From Octopus bimaculoides (Eukaryota): a stretch of DNA of 64,000 nt. The first letter of the stretch is position 1. Every line of letters starts with the position of its first letter. The notes under the pieces were generated by a model. The model did no database searches, was not told the DNA's origin, and saw only the letters and a list, made by a program, of their open reading frames with translations. The stretch is taken from contig NC_069002.1 of NCBI RefSeq assembly GCF_001194135.2, forward strand, positions 2,553,140 through 2,617,139. The letters run 5' to 3'. The translations under genes and the position numbers were made by a program. This document shows positions 1-14,989 of this stretch, in pieces.

Positions 1-34
<34 letters not shown>

Positions 35-199
35 GCAGAAATGCATTGTGCGTTAATGCGTTTCACAGCAAGCCCACAAATATCTTGGTGAATATCTAAA
101 TCCTAATCTGGAATTCGATCAGTTTTAAGAAAAATAGGTAATGGAATCTAAACGTAAGTGAGAAGGATGTAACTATTCATGGTTTAGGATTGAACAAAC

Positions 200-811
200 A
201 ATATTACCTTTGTAGTCCATTGTTTCTCGCTAAAGACAATGTTTCTTGAAGAATCTTTCGTAAATCTTCCTAGAAGATGTGCAACTTGCTTATGGAATCA
301 TGACTTCAAATTACACTCGCAAACAATTTTCAACTAACTTGTAAAAATGTAGGAAAGAATATGTGCTAACAAAATTGGTCATATTGAACTCAGGTGCGAT
401 AACTAAATTTCCTTATTTGTTCCTAATATTGTTTAACCAACGGAACTATCCTTATCTCCTTACTCAGGTTCTGTTGCGTAATTTTACAAAGTTATACGAC
501 TTGTCGCACGTTATGTGAGAAACAAATAATATATTTCTTCTGGCAAAATGAAATAATCGCCCTGAGACTAACCATGCATCCAAAGTGGAAGGAAGTTCTA
601 TCAGAAAGATTAAATTTGTTTCTTCTTTTCTTATGTGTCGGAAGATCTCGCTTTCTACAGAATCTAACAATATTTTTGTCAAAGATCCCTCGATACCAGC
701 TCTGCATAATTTAGTTTTGCATGTAGAAACGGGCAATATATTTATTGATAATTGCCTCAAGTATAGCAGAAAAGATATTCTATAAGAATGTAAAAATATC
801 ATCCATTCCAA
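200..811 (-). mobile_element. Decayed LINE reverse-transcriptase fragment
   Basis: Minus-strand ORFs give SWYRGIF (cf. CxNYRGISL), LTKILLDS...IRKEE (cf. LTKILLxRL...IxEEQ) and STLDA...CDKSYNFV (cf. STIDA...DLEKAYDSV). Weaker ILS(P)TF-like and HLL(YA)DD-like remnants lie at about 350 and 280. Confidence 0.65.
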
Positions 812-1212
812 AAGGGCATCGAAATGGCAAGAATGTCATTTAATCATGTGACGACGAGTTACAAGTCATTGACAAGGTTTAAGAAAATCTAAACGCGTCT
901 GAGATTCAAAGCTAGGACGATATTTGACAGGAGGCTAAACGTCCTGGATTTTCAGTTCCCCAAATACAATTCACAAGCATCATACACCCATCTATCCAAC
1001 CGTCTTTTCGATTATTCATCCATCAATACCAAATTTCCCATTCATACCATACTCTATAGCACATCTTTACAATTCATTCGTCTATCCACTTTTTCCTTAA
1101 AAATCCAGCCGTTTTCTTTTTATTAATTAATTACGATGCTGGCTTAAAATATTGACCATAAATTCTTAAGAATAAATCGGAGACGAAGAAATGGGTCATC
1201 GATATCGACGCC

Positions 1213-1289
<77 letters not shown>
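1213..1289. repeat. Perfect (GTA)n microsatellite
   Basis: Seen directly, about 25 units. Confidence 0.98.
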
Positions 1290-1789
1290 TTGTTAGTAAG
1301 GCAGTAAGGCTCATAATTCTGCGTTGCTAACAAAGCGCCTCTGAGCATAGCGTTTGATATTTCGCCTTGGTTTTTGTGGTGACCGTTCCACCCATACGGA
1401 CCTTACTGAACTTGTACGAACGGTAGTGAGCAACGCCATTGTTTCTAAGAGCGATTAGTGCTAAGCTAGGCTAGCAACGACTAATTCTAGGAACAAAGTA
1501 TTTTAGTCCAGCACAAAAACTTCTTTAATCTGATGAGATCCATAGTTGAAATTTCTCATTTAATTTTGAAAATTTGAATTAAATATAAAAAAACAGGAGT
1601 TTTTTAAATGTAAATTTAAGCTAAAGGAGACAAAGAAGGGATAAAACGTAAAATAAGAAGTAGAAAATAAGAAGATAGCAAAATGGAAAAAGTATATAAA
1701 TTACAGACAGAAATTATGTAGGATGAAAGTAGGGAAGTTAGACTAAAATTGTAAAAGAAGCAGTAAGGTAAGAACGAAGTGAATTTAGA

Positions 1790-2545
1790 ATCGAAATCAT
1801 AGAAAAGAAAGAAAGAAAGAAAATGAAAGAAGGAAGAAAAGAAAGAAAGAAGCGAACAAAAAGAAAAAAGAAGGAAGGAAGAAGAAAAGTAAAGAGAAGA
1901 AAAGGAAGGAAAGAAGAAAGAAGAAAAGAAAGAAAGAAAGAAAATGAAGGAAGGAAGAAAAATGAAATTAACAAACAAACAAACAAAGAAAAGTAAGGCA
2001 GGAAGGATGGAAGAAAAGAAAGAAAAAAGAAAGGAAGGAAGAAAGATGCAAAGAAAGAAAGAAAGAAAGGAATAAAGTAAAGGAAGGGAGGAAGAAAGAA
2101 AGAATGAAAGAAAGAAAATGAAAAGGAATGTAAGAGAGATGTTAAGAAAGAGAAAATTAAAACAACGTAAAAAAGGTGAATGACAAAAATTAGAAGGAGA
2201 GAAAAGGAAGAAAATAGAAAGAAAGAAGAATGATTGAAAGAAAGCAGAAGACGGATGAAGGAAGACCTGAAGTGAAGAAAATGGACGTAAAAGAAGAATA
2301 AAGGTAAAAAGATGATGGAAATAAATAACTAAGGAAAAACAACCCGCAACAAGAAAGACCAACAACAACAACAACAAAAATAGAAAAAATAAAAAGTAAA
2401 ACAAAGACTGAAAGAAAGAAGAGAAAGGAAAAAATAGCAAGGCGGGAGTCTATGAAAGGAAGATGTAAACAATCAATGGAAGAAGACGAGAAGGAACCGA
2501 GCCAAAACATGCAAGAAAGAGCGAAATGGAAAGAGAGAGAACAGA
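1790..2545. repeat. Degenerate polypurine (GAAA/GGAA) low-complexity tract
   Basis: Almost all purines on +. It explains the Phe/Leu/Ser-rich minus-strand ORFs. Confidence 0.95.
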
Positions 2546-2902
2546 GAAACTTCCTGTTGTCTCTGTGAATGTCTCCTGCATGTCATATTTTAAAGAACAC
2601 ACAGCCATTGTGATAGAATCCTCCTCTATTAATTAGTGATGGAATGGAATGATTTTAAAGGTTACGGGAACTTTAGAATGAAGGGTCAGCAAAGAAATGG
2701 AATCATTCTTATCTACGCCACATGGATCCTAACGCTTCCTCCACCTCCTCCTTCTACTCACCCCTTTTCTTCTGCTTATATGCAAGCACGCCTCACACAT
2801 ATGTAGGTATATATATATATATATNNNNNNNNNNNNNNNNNNGAGAATATATGTCAGTAAAATTGCATCTAAGTGAAAACGCGCGTGTAATTATAAGAGT
2901 GT

Positions 2903-2937
<35 letters not shown>

Positions 2938-2956
2938 TGTGTATGGGTGTGTGTCT

Positions 2957-2987
<31 letters not shown>

Positions 2988-3519
2988 CGTTTGTTTGGGT
3001 TTGAGTTTTTGCATGTAATTTGTATTTTCTGAAGCGAAACTAATTACGTCATGAGTCGAATGCACATCACGAGGTGTTTACAACAAGCTGTCATTATTTG
3101 GGAGCAATTCGCTGGTTGGTGTATCCATGATAACATTATGCACAACTGAACTGCAAGCATAAAAAATACAACAGAAAAACAATTTATAAAACATGCAGCC
3201 AAAACACATATTTCTGCGAATAAGATGGCGTAAGAAAAGGTTAATAACCGCATATACGTAGAAACACATCAAAATGTAGTGTGAAAGAAAACGCCCACTT
3301 GGATTTTCAGCCTGTTAGAAATAGCAGCCGAATGACCCTCAAATCACACAATTGTCATTAAAAAGCCATTATGCTAATTTAATTAATTTGATGTTAGATA
3401 GAGAGTAGTAATAAACGAAAAAAGAGTTGTTTGTTTGTGTTGGAATGTCTTTTGTTTATAGACTTACTGTATTAGAACTGCCCTTGAAGAAATATTATTA
3501 TTGAAAAAATTGGAATATG

Positions 3520-4070
3520 AATACCAATAGCAGTAACAGCAATGAAAACAATTAGGACAACAACGAGCGGAAGAACAATAACCACAAAATCCGTGATTAT
3601 AGAACAACTTTAAAACGAACGCGATTTTCAGCAGCGACAATTACAAGAGTCATCACAACAATGCCATCTGGGGTCATAACAATTACAACAACAATGAAAG
3701 CAATGACAACAACAAAAGCAATGAGAATGACAACAATAATAAAAAGGATGAGAATACTAGCATTAAAAACAATAGCAGTAATGAAGGTCGACAATAAAAG
3801 ATACCATAAAAGTAGTAACCACAAGCTGAGCAACAACAACAATAAAAAGAACAAGTGCAGCGACGACAGTTACAACAACAATAGCAGCAACCACATGTGG
3901 AGAAACGATAACAAAAAGAAAGCCAACGGGAGGAACATCAAAAGGAAAAACGACACACAGCAAATTAACAACAAACATCAGTCTTCCGCACAAATTTATT
4001 GAAATATATAAATGAATACACAAAATCACCAATAACAACATTAACAACATTAACAACATTAACAAGTATT
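3520..4070. repeat. Degenerate (ACA/ATA/GCA) trinucleotide tract
   Basis: Seen directly. It explains the low-complexity ORFs at 3597-4065. Confidence 0.85.
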
Positions 4071-4750
4071 AGGGATTTTTAAAAAAATCATTATAATCTT
4101 CGTAACCATAGCAACCATTTTGTCAATAGTTAATCATTCTACGACAATTTAAAAAAAAACACACTAAAACACTAAAACCACTGAGAATAAAATCTAAATC
4201 ATTAAGAACTTCTATTGATGCGATTAGCGAATTCTTATAGATTTACTTGAGGCAGTATTATTGTTGTTATTGTTGTTATTGTTGTTGCGGTTGTTGATCA
4301 TGATGGCGTTTCTGTTCAAGTCCTTTATGAATTTTTCCGCTTCTCCCACATCCACACCCAACTAGAAGCTTATAATTATTTGCATCCTTATTTTCAATCT
4401 ATTTGAAAGACGATGTCTTGGAATTGTCATTGAATGCTGTCCATTGAGGGATGAGTTGAGTAATATATTAAGAAATGCAGACCAAGGAGTGAGCTCATTC
4501 ATTCGACGTTTTCAATGAGAACAATATTATATGTGAAAGTATGTGTGTGAGTGCTTGTGTATATATATATATATGTGCGTTTAAGTCTCTACGCATATTA
4601 GATTGGGTTTATATAACTATATAAATGTATATATCCAAACCTTTACTGTAAATGGTATTTTTAAGAAAACAGATTCACATTGATTTCATGATCTATCTAT
4701 CTATCTCTCTATCTATCCAACCATATATATATATGAACGCACACACACGC

Positions 4751-4782
<32 letters not shown>

Positions 4783-5871
4783 ATATCAAATTAAGTACAT
4801 GTTAATATTCTTGAAATATGGAATGCTCTCATGATTATAGTCATTTGAGGCTCCATCTTAATAAGTCGAACAAACGCACATAAGTACATAAAATGAAGAA
4901 AAGATTTGATAAACGTTAACCAGAATGCACAAAGGAATCTATATATAATTTAGAAATGAAATTCTGCGATAAGGAGGTGGTCTCTTTTACGCATCAGCTA
5001 TTTTCATCATCCGAAGTTACATGTTTTCAAAATCTCAATTGGGTTAAACTGCATTTCAACTCCAATAATGTTGAATTATTATATGGCCGCTTCAGCTTCT
5101 GCATTGCCTTGTTTCCCTATCAAATTATATACGAATGAATGACAACAGATCTAAATAGGTTCGGTGTGTATTAGAAATCTATATTCATAGTAAGGTAAGC
5201 CTGTTTCTTATATGTATAGGTTCTGATGTTTTCTATAAACATGTCATTGCATAAATATTTCGAAGTAAAAAATTAAAAAGAACAGTATCCCTTTATATAA
5301 ATAATTTATAACCCTTGTCGTTCGGTGGACGGTTCTGATACTATTTATGCATTTTCGAGTGTTATATATTTTCCCCTTTTCATTTCGCTTTCACTGTATG
5401 TATATATATCGGATGTTTGAGTCTGTGCGGAATAAGATAATCTAAAAAAGATCTGTTTTCTAAACATATGCACACAAATCATTAAAGCGTGCAAGCATAC
5501 ACACACATATACACGCCTACATACATAGTAAGATGCATTCATGAATAAGGCATTCATATACATATATATATATATATATATATACATGTGTGTGTATACG
5601 TATATATACGCATATATATATCTACATACATATACGCATACAGACATGCATATATACATATATATATTTATATTACCGTTGTTACATAATATTATCTCTG
5701 TGCTTACGTTTTTATTATGTCATAAGTATGGACGCATTTTATTCATCATTCAATCTGTGTCTCTGTCTGTAGCTGCGTATATATGGTTTAAAAAGCCACA
5801 TCAGACGCCATGAAAGGGCTAAGGTGTAGGTGCAGGAGGTGGTCAAACTCTGTTTAAGGAGTAGACAACCA

Positions 5872-5944
<73 letters not shown>

Positions 5945-6569
5945 TGTGTATATATATGTGTAATATATATATTTATATAGAGCAAGAGAGATAAATAGAT
6001 TGATAAATAGATAAATATATACATACATAATAAGTGTGTGCGTGCATGTATGTATGTATCCCCATGCATATATTGTTAGATCAATTAACACTAGAACGAC
6101 ATCACAAATAAACAAAATTTGATGCATATCTTATTAAGTTAACGCTTGACATATTTGAGTGTAAAACGTCTTAACGTTTCTGCTGTTAAACTTTCTTCAA
6201 AAGGGGAAATAAAAAGACTCATAAAAAGAGAAAAGAAAAGAGAAATAGCGGATGTATTTCATAGCAGACACACAAACACGTAAACGCATACATGCACATT
6301 AACACACATATACACACTCGTACCAATATATAACCACCCTACCATATATTTCTTATTCACATGTTATTCTAGTTATTGAGCAGGTACTAAAATATTATAT
6401 GAGAGACAGGTGTGAGTGAGTGAGTGCGATTGTATGTGAGTGTGCACGTGTACACAGTTTGAAAGATAACTTAAAATCAAGCGAAAACCAAGGAGAAATT
6501 CAAGCTATGATGATTTGTTCTTCTTTCATTTTTCTTGCTAATATGTATTCCGTGTTATGTCGCCCGGTT

Positions 6570-6730
6570 ATGAGGCTGAAAGTTAGATGAGATCTTCGAT
6601 GGAACTGGCTTAGGAAGTTATTTACAGTTACTTTCAATGAGAGTTCAAATCTGAGTTAGTTCAACATTGATTTCACCCGTCCAGAGTTGATAAAATACCA
6701 GTCATATAACACCCATAACTTGATCGATTT
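6570..6730 (+). mobile_element. SINE family A, degenerate
   Basis: gagagttcaaatctg...tttcacccgtccagagttgataaaataccagt. Confidence 0.45.
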
Positions 6731-7209
6731 AATGCAACCACCATGTTTTTTGGACTTCCGGCTGCGTCAGCAGACCATTTTAAAAGACGATGATGGTCTT
6801 TATACCGTAGCTGATTATGTGAAACTTTTTCTTTTTCTGAAGCCATAAAATTATTAAAGACCGTTGGGAATAAACATGCTCGGTTCCAGTTGAAATAAAT
6901 ATGAAATCTTACACTCCAAAGTTTGCACAAGAATTATTTTTTCATGATAAATATGTTTAAATCCACGTTTCTGAACTCGTTGATCTTTGCAAACAAGGTT
7001 TTCATGATAATATATTCGTCTGTCAGAAACATTTCACCTGCTACATCTTTTTCCTACTTACGACAGAAATATTTCCGTACACAATTTGCAAATAACCCGG
7101 AATGTTACCGTCAGTTATATAAATAAATATTCACACTAATTTCTCTCTAATTCTATATTTCTCTCTCTTTCTCTGTGAGTCTGTCTGCCTCTCTCTCTCT
7201 CTCGCTCTC

Positions 7210-7261
<52 letters not shown>

Positions 7262-7317
7262 CACATACACATATATGTGTGTGGGTATGTGCGTATGTAT
7301 CTACCTAGCTATATGTA

Positions 7318-7352
<35 letters not shown>

Positions 7353-7856
7353 CCAGGGAGAGAGAGAGATACATACAAATAAATGACGGCATTAGAGACA
7401 CATAATATAGCGTGTGAATTGAGATCCCCGTTGACAGGTTCGTATTGTTCCATTGCACGTTCGAATATTACATGCATATATTGATGCTTGCTTGTATCTC
7501 ATGTTATAAATACAAATTAACATCAAAATTAAAAGATACTCAAAACTTTTAGTTGATTATTATTGTAGAAGGAGAAGGTTGACGAAGTCTAACACGTCTA
7601 CACGCATACAAACACACGCGCATAATGTGCGAGATAGTGAAGTGGAAAGTGTTGTAATTACCTACTGTTTTTCAACGCTGAGGCTACTGCAAACTATAAA
7701 GCCATGCTAACCACAACATCAAGACGTCAGAATCGACATAGGAACGTGGAAATAGACAAATAATAGTAGAGGTTGGCCAAAGATGATGTCATCTATAAAG
7801 TCCATTCATGCCAAATATTTGACGCAGACCGTCACAAATACGCAAACCTGTGTCCA

Positions 7857-7906
<50 letters not shown>

Positions 7907-9313
7907 AAGCAGAGGGAAATAACAATAGTTTTAGTAAAATGATAAATTTGACAAGGAGTTCGTAGGAGAGGTAGAGTCAGTAGTTTTGCATACACGTATG
8001 TAGTTGTCTATAATGGAAAAATCTACGAGAATTAATATCTGCGTATTGAGATGGAACTTTTCTTTAGATGATTTTCGAGTAAGCTATTCGTTAACAGAGA
8101 TATTTTTTTTATATATTAATCACTAGGGTATTTACTAACTTTCGAATATATAACAAACTGCTTTATAGAAGTATTACACTACAATTGATACAATAATATT
8201 AACACATTTTTGCGTTATATGAGAAAATACACGATACATACAATAGTTAAGATTTAACTCTTATCATCTAATCATGCTGACAGAATAGGCATTCAAAGTT
8301 ACCCAGCACTTGAAGGGTAACACTATAGCATGAAAATAATATATATGTATATGTAGCTCTATCTTTTTATTATGTTTGTCGCTGTTACTAGATATATATA
8401 TATATATATATATANNNNNNNNNNTCAAAGTTACCCAGCACTTGAAGGGTAACACTATAGCATGAAAATAATATATATGTATATATATTAAAAAAGAAGG
8501 CCGGTTTATGGGATTACCTTAGTTTTCCCGTCAATAAAGGATTTAGCTTTATGGCGTATCGTCAGGTCCCAAAAGTCTGTTGGCCCAAGACCTCTTAAAA
8601 ATAGGGAGATAGATGTATGTGTATATGCATGTATGCGTGCGTACATGTATACATGCATCAATGCACGCTCATACATTCATGTACATACTCACATACATGC
8701 ACACAAGATAATAATATTTAAACGAAAAGCATGTGCAGTAATGTTATACAAGAACAATGTTAAAATCAGGTTATAACTACATATGCGCAAAAACCCATTT
8801 GCCAGAGACAAAAAATAACACACACACACAGACACGTACACACGCACAAACACGCAGTATACTCCAGCTAGCAACAGTGAACACAGAATATATCAATTTT
8901 GACATCCAGGCAGCACACTACCAATTTGTGGAACGTGTTATGGCTCTCTTGCCGATTCTTCTATGTTTTTGCATGCAAATTCTCCGTTAAATTTGCCTAC
9001 CTGCATTTATTTTAACCTATAACCTTCACTTCGCTCTCACTTGATTTATCAGCAATTCGGTAGTCATGAATTAGCGTGGTGCAATCAGGATTTTCCACAG
9101 TAAACCTGAAACATAGTGACATATGACATCTGCACTTGATATTTACTGCACTAATTAACACAAGATTACATGCATATATGTATCGGCACGTATCCACATG
9201 CATATATAGTTATATATGAAACTATATACATATACAGTTATATACAAACATATACATAATATATATATATATATATATGTGTGTGTATGCATATATATGT
9301 ATATATGTATATT

Positions 9314-9386
<73 letters not shown>

Positions 9387-9933
9387 NNNNNNNNNNNNNN
9401 NNNNNNNNNNNNNNNNNNNNNNNNNNNNNNNNNNNNNNNNNNNNNNNNNNNNNNNNNNNNNNNNNNNNNNNNNNNNNNNNNNNNNNNNNNNNNNNNNNNN
9501 NNNNNNNNNNNNNNNNNNNNNNNNNNNNNNNNNNNNNNNNNNNNNNNNNNNNNNNNNNNNNNNNNNNNNNNNNNNNNNNNNNNNNNNNNNNNNNNNNNNN
9601 NNNNNNNNNNNNNNNNNNNNNNNNNNNNNNNNNNNNNNNNNNNNNNNNNNNNNNNNNNNNNNNNNNNNNNNNNNNNNNNNNNNNNNNNNNNNNNNNNNNN
9701 NNNNNNNNNNNNNNNNNNNNNNNNNNNNNNNNNNNNNNNNNNNNNNNNNNNNNNNNNNNNNNNNNNNNNNNNNNNNNNNNNNNNNNNNNNNNNNNNNNNN
9801 NNNNNNNNNNNNNNNNNNNNNNNNNNNNNNNNNNNNNNNNNNNNNNNNNNNNNNNNNNNNNNNNNNNNNNNNNNNNATATATATATACATATATATGTGT
9901 GTGTATATGTATATCTGTATGCCTCAATGTATA

Positions 9934-9964
<31 letters not shown>

Positions 9965-12607
9965 AGAGAGAGAGAGAGAGAAAAAGTGATGGAGAGAGAG
10001 AAAGTGTTGTTGCAAGCTCGCTTTCAATTTACTTTTCCTATTTACATTTTGCCACGCGTGGAAGCCTTACGGGTAGTTTTTATCAACTTAGAGTAAGATA
10101 ATTCAAAGAAAACAAAAATCAACATGTTTGCATTAATTATTTTTCACATTTAATTAAACTTCAGATACTAGATTAATCTCTCTAAGTAACTGTTTCGGCA
10201 ATTTACTACATCTTCGGCGCCAATGCTTTCACAAACTGGAACACCTGTATCAATTCTCTGCATTGTATTGTACAAGATTGGATAAACAAAAAGTATAAGG
10301 TATTTTAAATATATTAAAATTATCGGACTGTTTGAATTGCTTCATATCGAATAGAAAGAAACTCTTGCATGCAGATTTATAAGTTCTCTATCGTTTTCTT
10401 ATATGGAATATAATATTTTTCTTAACTATTCATTTATGTGCGCGTGTTCAGGTTCAAGTGCGACTTTTGCCAGCGATATTCGATTCCTTATGTTGAATTG
10501 TGTTCGTTGGACTCTCGACTGTCGTCTGCTAAATACGTATATAAAACACACAGCATAAATTATTTTTAATATAACCCAAATTGAAAATATCGCTTAAATA
10601 CATATATTCCTTAACTGAAATTATTTCCTATGTCATACGTCACAGAATGACAACAACCGAATTTGAATAATATATTAACACAAGTTTAATTGCGATATTC
10701 CATTATGTATTGCCAATCCAAAGTATTGTAGCAAACGCATTATACAAGCACGCAGGTATACAAATTGCTTTCCTGTACATTTTGAGTGATTTGACTTAAG
10801 TTCTATTTATATGCTTTATAAACCCTAATACTATTACTCGAGTTTTCACAAAGCCCAGCGATGCAGAAATCATTACTTTACAAAGACATAAACCACGTTC
10901 ACAATTATCGTAATTTTTCTTCGAGTCTGAGGTATTCGTTATTGATAGGTAACGGTATGGCAATTACCAATTGTTGTCTTTATCTCTTTTCGTGTATTGT
11001 ACATTCCATTCATAATTGCAATTATTATACAAAGTAAAACAGATTCGTGTATATCAAGAATGAATGGCATGTAATTTTGCTCATTATTTCACGTTACGAC
11101 TGTGTAAATGTAATTAACTTGTATTCCAACCAGTACAAGCTATCATTATTCATATATATATATATATTCATACATGCAGGCGTTAATATATGCATACACA
11201 TCCATGTATTTACGTATCTATGTATGTATAGATGCGCGTGTGTATTTGTTTGTGTGTGTGTACGTGCGTGCGCGTGATTCTCTCTCGGCCGGTTATAACA
11301 TAACAGATTCTTCTTTGATATCTATGAACAAATCAACCGTATGTTTCCTGCAAGCATTGTGAAAGAAATTAACCTTGACATACATCAATTAACCAAGCTT
11401 TGACAGATTCATACGATTCTGTAAAGCTTTATGAATATAATTGTTTAAACGGAAGTTCTCTGGAGTTAAGTCGATTAGTCAGGAACTTGCGTGTGTAACA
11501 CGCAGAAAATACACTTTGTTTCGAGTTGGGATACTTAAAATAGTATATTTAATGGTCACTTCGTACGTATAATATATTCTTAGAACTACTTGATTCTGCA
11601 ACTATGTTTCTATCGGTATTTATATATTTGCAAAATTTTTCTTAATCATTATCGATATATCTGTCTATTCACCTGTATATCAATACAGCCTTGTATCGCT
11701 GAACACATCTATACGGCATTATACATAAACATATAAATATATATGTTTATACATATGCATATATATAAATAAGTGTGTGGTGGTGGTGATTTCATCAAAT
11801 ACCACCGTAAGCAGAATTATTTCAACTTATTCTGATAATATCCTCGCCCGCCTCTGTGTGCAAATATAATTGTTATTTCGTCTTCACTGTAATTCTGTTT
11901 CATGTAAATTAGGCGGCTAATATTGGATCCATTTTAATAATTGACAACTCCACCCTCAGTACAGTGCATGGCTACACCCATCTGTGCATATATAAATGTA
12001 TGTGTGACTGTATGTGTATAGATATGAATGAAAATAATTGCGCTCTCACTTAATGGGGATTAAAAAGGAAGAGTGTCTTTTTGAGACGTGAGTATATGTG
12101 GGCGACACGAATAGATAAACAGAGCGTTATGTTTTAGCGAGGAAGTTAAACAACATTAAAGAGGGGGAAAATAACTACAACATAATCGAAAAACAAACTA
12201 GAAACAAATCAATCACTATATTCTAACGCCAGCAGCACACGTGACAGACAGCCTTAGGATGGATTCTCGTAAGAATCGGCTTGTTTTTTGCTTCAATTTT
12301 CTCATTTTTCTAAAGCATATATTTTCTTTTGCTTTTCTTATAATGGAAAAATTTCAGAAACATTATAATTTATAATGGATAAACAATTTCAGTGAACATC
12401 AGTATTACATTTATGTGTTTTTAACTTCTCTTTGGATTTTATTTTGTTATTTGTATATTTATTGTATATATTTTTTATAGTCATTCGGTGTCTTCATTTA
12501 ATGTTCACATAAATAATTACGTGAAACACTTATTCCAAGTTTATATTTTCTTTTTCTAATATTCTATGCTATCTCCAGGCTGTAAGGTGGTAAAACAAAT
12601 TTATTAC

Positions 12608-12647
<40 letters not shown>

Positions 12648-12684
12648 NNNNNNNNNNNNNNNNNNNNNNNNNNNNNNNNNNNNN

Positions 12685-12726
<42 letters not shown>

Positions 12727-13384
12727 ATTTATTTATCTTTCTTTATTTTCAGTTTTAAACTACTCTTACGAAACAAACAAAGTTTTGCAACTTAAGCACA
12801 GCACCATACATTTCTTCTGGCAGGCAACTTCAATAGATGTAATAATTACACCTACCCATATTATTGATTCCTATCTTCTCTTAATAGCCCTGGGACTATG
12901 AAAGGTATAAGGAATCTGGGTTAGACTAGAGATCACAATATAATATTTTCTTTAATCTTCCAGACTGTAAGACAAAACAAATGACAGTTAATATTGAACT
13001 GAGAAGCTAAAGATTACATCTGCACTTGTTTAAAATAATGCAAAGCCGACGTTGGTAGGATTTGAACTTAAAGTCAAAAGTTATGTAACCGATTATCTCA
13101 ACGTTCTTTGAGCAAAGCCCTACAAATTCTGATAACTCTTTACTTCTTATTTTTGTGAAATCGTTACATTTAACAATTGTACGTCGAAGTTTTAGTGTGT
13201 AACGGAACTGTTAATTAATTAAACAAATGTAACCCCGCTTAAATTCGAACTTCACATGTTAAATGACATAACGGACATTTTCCCCGCTCCCTTGAGGGCC
13301 CATAAGCCCGGTAACTCGGCTTCTATGTTGTTATCAATGACAGACCACAACAACCCCTTCAACGGGACGCCGGTCCCTCTAAAA

Positions 13385-13535
13385 ATTCAAGGCCAACAAT
13401 ATTGAGTGGACGGGCTGCATGACTTAAACTTTATTTTATGGACTCTGAAGGGCTGAAACGCAACGATGACCTCGTCAGAAATTGAACTTGGAACGTAAAC
13501 AAACGACGTACTAACGGCCCTGCCATTCGCTGCCT
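13385..13535 (-). mobile_element. SINE family A, degenerate
   Basis: gacctcgtcagaaattgaacttggaacgtaaac is the reverse complement of the family A B-box region. Confidence 0.55.
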
Positions 13536-14989
13536 TGGCGTAATTCAATGCCACAATGTATTTTATCGGGAACTTTACACATCCTGGCATGCTATTCTCT
13601 TTTTTCTCTCTTAAGAGTCTACATATTTTAAACAAAGTTACGAAGCCAAACATTTGGAGTATAAAGGAAGTCAATTATACCAAACCACGAAATGCCCTGT
13701 TATTTGCACGACTAATGTTAAACTGATGAAACGCAAGGGGTTCAAAGGACTTCAGGGATCATAAAAAAAAACATGCAATTAAATATCAAATAACGCATTT
13801 CCAATGCGTGCCACGACACTCAATATGTGAGTTGAAGCTTCCATATTTACATTCCTAGCTGTATTATAATTCATATTATTAAAATAAAATATTTCGATTA
13901 TAAGAGCGAGAGCAAGTTTAATGGATTGGCAAAATCGTCAGATCGTCGCACATATACCTCGAGACATTTATTTTAGTTATTTAGGTTTTGTGTTCAGATC
14001 CAGCTAATTTAAGGTTGCCTTTCATATTTCCGAGGGTGATAAAATATAGTTCCAGTAACAATAAAATGAAACTAACCGACTGTTATATACCCCCAATGTC
14101 ATCTCTTGTGCCTATTAGAGGAAAACGTACAAATATAGTTTGTACCTGTCTTTTGTTCCTCACACAAAGATAAATGTGTAATAAGTTATTGCTGTATGTG
14201 AGGAAACGTGCGCAGAAGTTTATTATTTCAGACTATGGTCTAAAATACGAAATGGATGCAACAACTGGATAGCAGAAATGTTAATGCGTCTGACAGAATA
14301 TTTATCGCGTTTAGTTGCAACATTCCTTTGCATTCTTTGCAAATATATCCAGATCCGTTTCTTTGACTTCAGGAATTATACACTTGCAAGCTCCATAATT
14401 GGAAATACGAGTAAATATTGGTATCGATTTAATCGGCTCTCCTCTTGAAGTCAGTGTCATAACATAGTCACTTTCAAAAAGACCGTAAACAATAAAATAT
14501 ATATTACTGAGAACTAACTGCCTACCAGAACGAACAACTCCGCACAGTAATATACAAGTAGACGTAATTCTCCTTTCAGATTACTATTGCTAGTTAGCTG
14601 CATATCAGAAGAAATAGACGTGCAAGGAAATAAATATGCAGATGCATTTCCTATATATGCGAGCATTACAGCAAGCCAACTGCACATCAGAAGATAGAGC
14701 TGCATGTAAATGAATAGATGCAGCTCATGTTCTCAATGGAGGAGACTGACGACAATCAATGCCTGGAATAATTATTCTATACAACGATACATGACAGTAA
14801 TGAGGATATTAATACTGACACCTACGGTCTCATGAATTTTGAATATCCTCATTTTTCTCTCATTGATTACTATTTTTGCCAACGTTTCGCCTGAATATAG
14901 CTTCAAGTACCATTGTCATAATTCTTTGTTTTTTTTTTATATTTTGCAGGCGGAAATTCAATATTTCGGTCATTTTGTTATGATTTTAT

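Noticed and set aside
1616-2510. 274-aa and other hydrophobic minus-strand ORFs that look like membrane proteins
   Set aside because: They are translations of the polypurine low-complexity tract.
8293-8484. Identical 60-nt direct repeat on both sides of a 10-N gap, containing a 7-bp hairpin (gttaccc/gggtaac)
   Set aside because: Perfect identity across a minimal gap points to an unmerged contig overlap or haplotype redundancy, not biology.
9155-10101. Long ORFs containing X runs, here and at the other gaps
   Set aside because: They are artifacts of N-gaps flanked by dinucleotide repeats.
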